From Bacilli bacterium (GTDB lineage: Bacteria > Bacillota_I > Bacilli_A > RF39 > UBA660), in the NCBI GenBank assembly GCA_017459965.1, contig JAFUBW010000002.1, positions 748 through 64,747 of the forward strand: DNA of 64,000 nt, in the 5' to 3' direction. The position numbers and the translations under genes are program-made. The notes below the pieces were generated by a model. The model was given only the letters and a program-made list of their open reading frames with translations, made no database searches and was not told the origin of the DNA. Shown here one piece after another: positions 58,625 to 64,000 of the stretch; the stretch's first letter is position 1; each line of letters opens with the position of its first letter.

Positions 58625-61600
58625 ATGCGTGATAAACAAAAAAAATTTATGGCAATTTTATCATTTATTTTAATAATGCTTACTACATATGCATATTCTG
58701 CACTAGCTACTAATCTTTCTATTACTGGTGAAGCTGTATTTAGAACACCTGCAGATATTAGAGTAACCAATATATCGATTAATAATGCAAATGGTGCTAC
58801 AAGTGAATATGCTAATTTTAGAAAAGATACAATAACAAATGGATTTGTACTTAATAGTTCATCATCAACAATGTCGTATGATGTTACAATAACAAATAGT
58901 GGATTAAGAGATCAAGCAATATATAATTTAATAACACAGAGTTCGAACAACTCTGGTTTAAACATTTTAATAGATGGACAACCTATAAATGAAATATTAC
59001 CTATTATAATACCTTATGGTACTTCAAAAACAATAACAATAACTTATTCTTCATCTACACCAGGTAGAGTAGATGTAGTAAATAAATTTGATTTTAGAAA
59101 AGTTTACTATATTTCTTATAATACAAAAGGCGGATCATCAATTGCAACTCAAACAAAATACGAAAATGTAGATTTAGTATTAACAAGGGATGAACCAACA
59201 TTATCAGGAAGAAGATTCTTAGGATGGACAGATGAACAAAATGGTACAATAGTTAAATTTTCTCCTGGTGATACATATACAATAGATGGTGATAATAAGA
59301 TACTATATGCTATATATTCTGAAGATCAATATACAATAACATTTGATTATAATGATGGTTCAACACCTTCAACTACAAAAGATGTTTCTACTGGAGATCC
59401 AGTAGGTACTCTTCCAACACCAACAAGAGAAGGTTATACATTAGAAGGATGGTTTACTGAGTCAACTGGTGGTACACAAATTTCAGCAGCTACAGTACCA
59501 AATGAAGATACAACATATTATGCACATTGGACTGCTAATGAACTTACATTTGAAGATCAAACTTTAAATAATGGAACTTATGGAACAGCTTATACATCAA
59601 ATGCATTTACAGCTCCAACAAATGGTACAGGTAATTATACATATACAATTAAAAGTGGAGCACCTACAGGTGCAACAATAAATAATACAAATAGAACTTT
59701 ATCACTTCCTGATACAACACCAGCGGGTACTTATAATATAGTTGTAACAGCAACTGATGATGATTCAGGAGCAACAAAAGATGTAACAATGACAATTGTT
59801 ATAAATAAAGCAACACCAGTAATAACATTATCATCATCATCAGGAACATTAAATGCAGGTGAAGTTATTTCAATAACAACTACTGTTAAGTCAGGTGGTG
59901 GATCTATATCAGGAACACTAACAGCTTCCTCAACTAACACAGATATAGCGTCAGTAGCACCAACATCAACAACAATAACAAATGCTAATAATTCTACTGG
60001 TATAGAAACTTCACATATGATAACAGGAGTAGCAGGTGGTACTGCTAATATAACATTTAATTTTACACCAACAGATACAACAAATTATAATAGTGCAGTT
60101 GTAAAAATATATACTGTGACAGTTAAAAACACAATTGCAGTAACTATAAATAAAGATAGTTCAGCTTATAATGATAGTGGAATGAAAGTAGCTCTTTATT
60201 TAAATTCTATGGAAATGAAATCTACAATTGTATCATCGGGGAACACGGCACAATTCAGCAATATATTACCAGGTACATATAATATATATGCTGGCAAAAG
60301 TGGAAATAGCCCAGTAACATTAGCTGATACAGGTAATACTATAACAATAACTCGTACAGATGGAATAATTAATAATGCTACTTCTATAGTTAATTATTAT
60401 ACATTAACTTTGAATAACAGTCCACATGTAACAGTATTATTAGGAGGAGGTATTTACTTATCAGGTCAATCAGCAAATATTGGTGCCAGTGGTTTTACTA
60501 CTGATTATTCATTTGATAAATGGATTGTTCAATCGGGTAATACGCCAGCAAATGTAAATAGTGCATCAACAACTGTGGTAATAACGCAACAAACATCATT
60601 AACAGCAACTGCACATCCAAGTAATGTATCAGTAACATTTGATGCTAATGGTGGTACAGGAACAATGTCTAATCAAACAATATCTTATAATACCGCTACA
60701 GCATTAAATCCTAATACATATACAAAAACAGGTTATAAATTTATGGGATGGTCAACATCATCTACTGGTGAAGTAGAATATGAAGATGAAGAACAAATTA
60801 CTTTAACAGAAGATGATACATTATATGCTATATGGCAAAGAGTAAGAGCAGTAGATTTATATTATGATAATACACAAACTGGTATGACTTGTGAAACTGC
60901 ACAATGTGCACTTGATAATATATCAAGATTACTTACAAGAGCAGGTGCAAGAAGTGAAGGTAGCGATTATCTATGTAAGAGAGCTACACCTTCACAACTT
61001 CATACTGAGACATGTACTCAAACTGCTTATAATAATGGATCTAATTGTTATTCTTATGGATATTATGAAGGTGGAAGTAAGGGTACATCAACAATAACAT
61101 ATGGGCAATCAGGTACTGAAGGAACACTTTCAACAGGAGATGCATTTATATGCGATGTTAATGGAGACGGAACATATAATCCAACTAATGAAATGTTCTA
61201 TTATATAAGTGATTATTATAATACATCGACTCAAACTACTAATAGTGATTATGCAACACTTGTATATTATAATAATGTATCAGCTGGTTCACCAAGTAAT
61301 ACAACTTCATATACATATGATTCATCAAATGAAAATTGGCACGGACCAAGAACAGCTATGCTTCAACTTCCAGATACTACATTATGGCAAGATATAGGTT
61401 TATATAAAAATAAAAGACAGATTCTTTCTGTAAATCTAAATACTTATGAAATGCTAACATCAACATCTAGTGGAAATTTACCATCGGACTTTAGTTATAA
61501 AGGGTATTCAGCGAGATTAATTACATATAAAGAGGATCTTAGTGATGCTATTTTCTTGTATGAAAACACACAATTCTCATCACCAGAATTAGGTAGTAGG

Positions 61601-62365
61601 GGATTTTGGAGTGAAACTCCTGCATCGTCAGCTAATTCAATATATGGTATAGATTCTAGATATGCTAAATTCTACATAAATCCAGGCTATGAAAATTTAT
61701 TTGGTGTTCGTCCAGTTATAGATGTTAAAAAATCTGATATTAATTTGAATTTTACAACTAAATATGATGTTAATTTTAATAAAAATGGTGGTACAGGAAC
61801 AATGTCAAGTTTAACAGTTATACCTGGTGATTCAGTTACATTAACTACAAATACATTTACAAGAACAAATTATACATTTACAGGATGGAATACAAAAGAA
61901 GATGGAAGTGGAACATCATACGCAAATGGTGCAACAATAACACCAGATTCAAGTATTACATTATATGCTATGTGGGAATATATTCCATATAAGTATTATT
62001 ATCCAAATATTTCAGGGACAACAACATTAAATTCATCTTGGAAATTTTATGTAAGAGAAAGTACATCAAATGGAGTTAAACAAGTATGTGGTGTCAATTC
62101 TAATAAAACAGTATGCTTTAATGAAAGTAATGTAGATTTTTCAGATGATCAAATTAATGTTAATGGAACAAAAACAAAAGCATTAAAAACGCAATTAGAA
62201 GGTTTGTTAGGTTCAGGTACTTGTGATCTAACATCTGATTCGTTAAATTGTTATAATAGTTCAACTACTCAAACATGTTCTGTCTGGTATTATGGAGCTA
62301 TGACTTGTGGATATAATGGATATACATGTAGCCTATCTACATCTGGAGTAATAAGTTGTTATTAA
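58625..62365 (+). CDS. Large secreted/cell-surface multi-domain protein with Listeria-Bacteroides (Flg_new) repeats, Ig-like modules and two Cys-rich modules
   Basis: The N-terminal signal/anchor is MRDKQKKFMAILSFILIMLTTYAYSALA. Four repeats have the pattern v.F..NGG......v.yg.......P.r.GY.F.GW........y......i....tLYA.W. The middle module ends in FWSETP...GVRPVIDV (DUF6273-like). There is no LPXTG motif. ATG 58625 is preferred; 58613-58619 are also possible starts. Confidence 0.8.
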   Translation: MRDKQKKFMAILSFILIMLTTYAYSALATNLSITGEAVFRTPADIRVTNISINNANGATSEYANFRKDTITNGFVLNSSSSTMSYDVTITNSGLRDQAIYNLITQSSNNSGLNILIDGQPINEILPIIIPYGTSKTITITYSSSTPGRVDVVNKFDFRKVYYISYNTKGGSSIATQTKYENVDLVLTRDEPTLSGRRFLGWTDEQNGTIVKFSPGDTYTIDGDNKILYAIYSEDQYTITFDYNDGSTPSTTKDVSTGDPVGTLPTPTREGYTLEGWFTESTGGTQISAATVPNEDTTYYAHWTANELTFEDQTLNNGTYGTAYTSNAFTAPTNGTGNYTYTIKSGAPTGATINNTNRTLSLPDTTPAGTYNIVVTATDDDSGATKDVTMTIVINKATPVITLSSSSGTLNAGEVISITTTVKSGGGSISGTLTASSTNTDIASVAPTSTTITNANNSTGIETSHMITGVAGGTANITFNFTPTDTTNYNSAVVKIYTVTVKNTIAVTINKDSSAYNDSGMKVALYLNSMEMKSTIVSSGNTAQFSNILPGTYNIYAGKSGNSPVTLADTGNTITITRTDGIINNATSIVNYYTLTLNNSPHVTVLLGGGIYLSGQSANIGASGFTTDYSFDKWIVQSGNTPANVNSASTTVVITQQTSLTATAHPSNVSVTFDANGGTGTMSNQTISYNTATALNPNTYTKTGYKFMGWSTSSTGEVEYEDEEQITLTEDDTLYAIWQRVRAVDLYYDNTQTGMTCETAQCALDNISRLLTRAGARSEGSDYLCKRATPSQLHTETCTQTAYNNGSNCYSYGYYEGGSKGTSTITYGQSGTEGTLSTGDAFICDVNGDGTYNPTNEMFYYISDYYNTSTQTTNSDYATLVYYNNVSAGSPSNTTSYTYDSSNENWHGPRTAMLQLPDTTLWQDIGLYKNKRQILSVNLNTYEMLTSTSSGNLPSDFSYKGYSARLITYKEDLSDAIFLYENTQFSSPELGSRGFWSETPASSANSIYGIDSRYAKFYINPGYENLFGVRPVIDVKKSDINLNFTTKYDVNFNKNGGTGTMSSLTVIPGDSVTLTTNTFTRTNYTFTGWNTKEDGSGTSYANGATITPDSSITLYAMWEYIPYKYYYPNISGTTTLNSSWKFYVRESTSNGVKQVCGVNSNKTVCFNESNVDFSDDQINVNGTKTKALKTQLEGLLGSGTCDLTSDSLNCYNSSTTQTCSVWYYGAMTCGYNGYTCSLSTSGVISCY

Positions 62366-62378
62366 CAATATATAAAGA

Positions 62379-62405
62379 AAAGTTTCAATTTTGAAACTTT
62401 TTTTA
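62379..62405 (+). terminator. Terminator of the large surface-protein gene
   Basis: AAAGTTTCAA/TTGAAACTTT 10-bp stem followed by a T-run. Confidence 0.7.
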
Positions 62406-62454
62406 ATTTTTTAGGGGAATTTTATTATTTTTTAACGAATATATAAAGTAGGAG

Positions 62455-63350
62455 GTGATTAATATAAATTATTATGATGAAATTAAAAATAAATTAATAG
62501 ATGATGAAATATATGGAAAAGTAAAGGATTATTCAAAAGAAAGGCATAGAGTAATAACATATTTTGAAGTAGGTAAAATATTAAGTGAAGCAGGTAAACA
62601 TTATGGAGAAAATATTGTTGGTAAATATTCAGAAAAATTAATGATAGATGTAGGTAAGAAATATAATAAAAGAACACTATTTAGAATGAAACAATTTTAT
62701 GAGGTCTTTAATAATGAAAAAGTGTCACCAGTGATGACACAATTAACATGGACTCATTATTTAGTACTTTTATCAATAAAAAATAAAAATGCAATTTATT
62801 ATTATATTGATTAAACATCAAAAAGAAATTTATCAAAAAGGCAATTAGAGGAAATAATTAAGAATAAAGAATATGAAAGATTACCAAATTCTACAAAAGA
62901 TAAACTAGTTAATCAAGAACAAGATAAAATAGAAGATTTAATAAAAAATCCAATAATTATAAATAATAAAAATAATTATGAAAAAATTAATGAAAAAATA
63001 TTACAAGGATTAATACTTGAAGATATACCATCATTTTTAAAAGAACTAGGAAGTGGTTTTACTTTTATAGATAATGAATATAAAATAAAAATAGGTAATA
63101 GATATAATTATATTGATCTTCTTTTATATAATATTAAATATAGATGTTATGTAGTAATAGAATTAAAAGTAACTGAGTTAAAAAAACATATTGGTCAAAT
63201 ACATACATATATGAATTATATAAATAAAAATATAAAAACAATAAATGAAGATAAAACAATAGGAATAATAATATGTAAAAAAGATAATAAATTTATAATG
63301 AATATTGTTCTGATAAAAGAATATTATCTAAAGAATATGAAATTATTTAA
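62455..63350 (+). pseudogene. DUF1016/YhcG-like PD-(D/E)xK nuclease gene, inactivated
   Basis: There is an in-frame TAA at 62812-62814, after which the same frame continues with family-typical sequence (SKRQLEEIIKNKEYERL ... YIDLLLYNIKYRCYVVIELK). A 1-nt frameshift near 63298-63300 separates ..KDNKFIM from the expected ending EYCSDKRILSKEYEII*. No ATG start is available. Confidence 0.7.
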
Positions 63351-63416
63351 AATAGATTATATCTATTTTTTTATTTTATGATATAATATTTGTGTTTGAG
63401 AAATGAGGTGATTTAT

Positions 63417-64000
63417 ATGAAAGATACTATTAATTTTTTAGATAATTATTTAAAAGATAATATTACTATAGTATGTGCTATTTCAGGTGGTGTAGATTCT
63501 ATGTGTTTACTTGATATAGTTAAAAGATATAATGTTAATATAGTATGTGCTCATGTAAATCACAATTTAAGGGAAGAATCTTTTGAAGAATATGAATTTG
63601 TTAAGAAATATTGTGAGGATAATAATATAGTATTTGAAGGTATTGTACTTGATAAAATAACTGAAGGTAATTTAGAATCTGAATTTAGAAAAAGAAGATA
63701 TAGTTTTTTTGAAAACATAATTAATAAGTATAATGCTAAATATTTATTAACCGCACATCATGGTGATGATTTAATGGAAACTATTTTAATGAGAATAGTA
63801 AGAGGATCATCAATAAATGGATATTCTGGTTTTGAAAAAGTAAGTATTAGAGATAGTTATAGTATATTAAGACCTTTAATATATTTAACTAAAGATGAAT
63901 TATATAAATATGCTTATGATAATAATATAGAATATAGAGAAGATAAAACTAACGAAAGTGATAAATATACTAGAAATAGATACAGAAAATATATATTACC
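63417..64000 (+). CDS. tilS: tRNA(Ile)-lysidine synthetase (5' part, runs off the window)
   Basis: The ORF is open to the window edge and so is absent from the ORF track. The PP-loop SGGVDSM is present in MKDTINFLDNYLKDNITIVCAISGGVDSMCLL. TGATATAAT (63379-63387) and GAGGTGA lie upstream. Confidence 0.85.
   Translation, partial: MKDTINFLDNYLKDNITIVCAISGGVDSMCLLDIVKRYNVNIVCAHVNHNLREESFEEYEFVKKYCEDNNIVFEGIVLDKITEGNLESEFRKRRYSFFENIINKYNAKYLLTAHHGDDLMETILMRIVRGSSINGYSGFEKVSIRDSYSILRPLIYLTKDELYKYAYDNNIEYREDKTNESDKYTRNRYRKYIL

Overview
This is a 64-kb origin-of-replication segment from a very AT-rich, spore-forming Bacillota chromosome (standard genetic code). Almost all of it is conserved housekeeping sequence. 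Left of about 13.2 kb the genes run on the minus strand: rpoE, argS, a Noc-type parB paralog, rsmG, mnmG, gpsA, mnmE, jag, yidC, rnpA and rpmH. To the right nearly everything runs on the plus strand. In order: dnaA-dnaN-comK-recF-gyrB-gyrA; ffs-tadA-dnaX-ybaB-recR-bofA-holB-ricT; rsmI-pth-mfd-spoVT; dut-metG; tatD-rsmA; yabG-veg-spoVG-yabP-yabQ-divIC; mrnC-rlmB-sigH-secE-nusG-rplKAJL; and rpoB-rpoC. The window ends with an accessory block (a 1246-aa repeat-rich secreted protein and a decayed DUF1016 nuclease gene) followed by tilS. I found no tRNA or rRNA genes, CRISPR array, transposase or recognisable defence operon. The most interesting signals are non-coding. Four perfect parS centromere sites lie within 700 bp around ffs-tadA-dnaX, each inside a longer palindrome whose outer arms co-vary. 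A perfect Noc-binding site forms the stem of a gyrA terminator. The only ParB-family gene present is Noc-type, N-terminally short and has no soj-spo0J partner. Smaller points: comK sits in the dnaN-recF slot, an orphan type IV prepilin lies between veg and spoVG, two genes separate rpmH from the DnaA-box cluster, a short SRP RNA lies 18 nt upstream of the tadA SD, a three-gene islet splits metG from tatD, and synteny breaks after rpoC. All calls rest on reading the sequence and on remembered family motifs; no database search was run.
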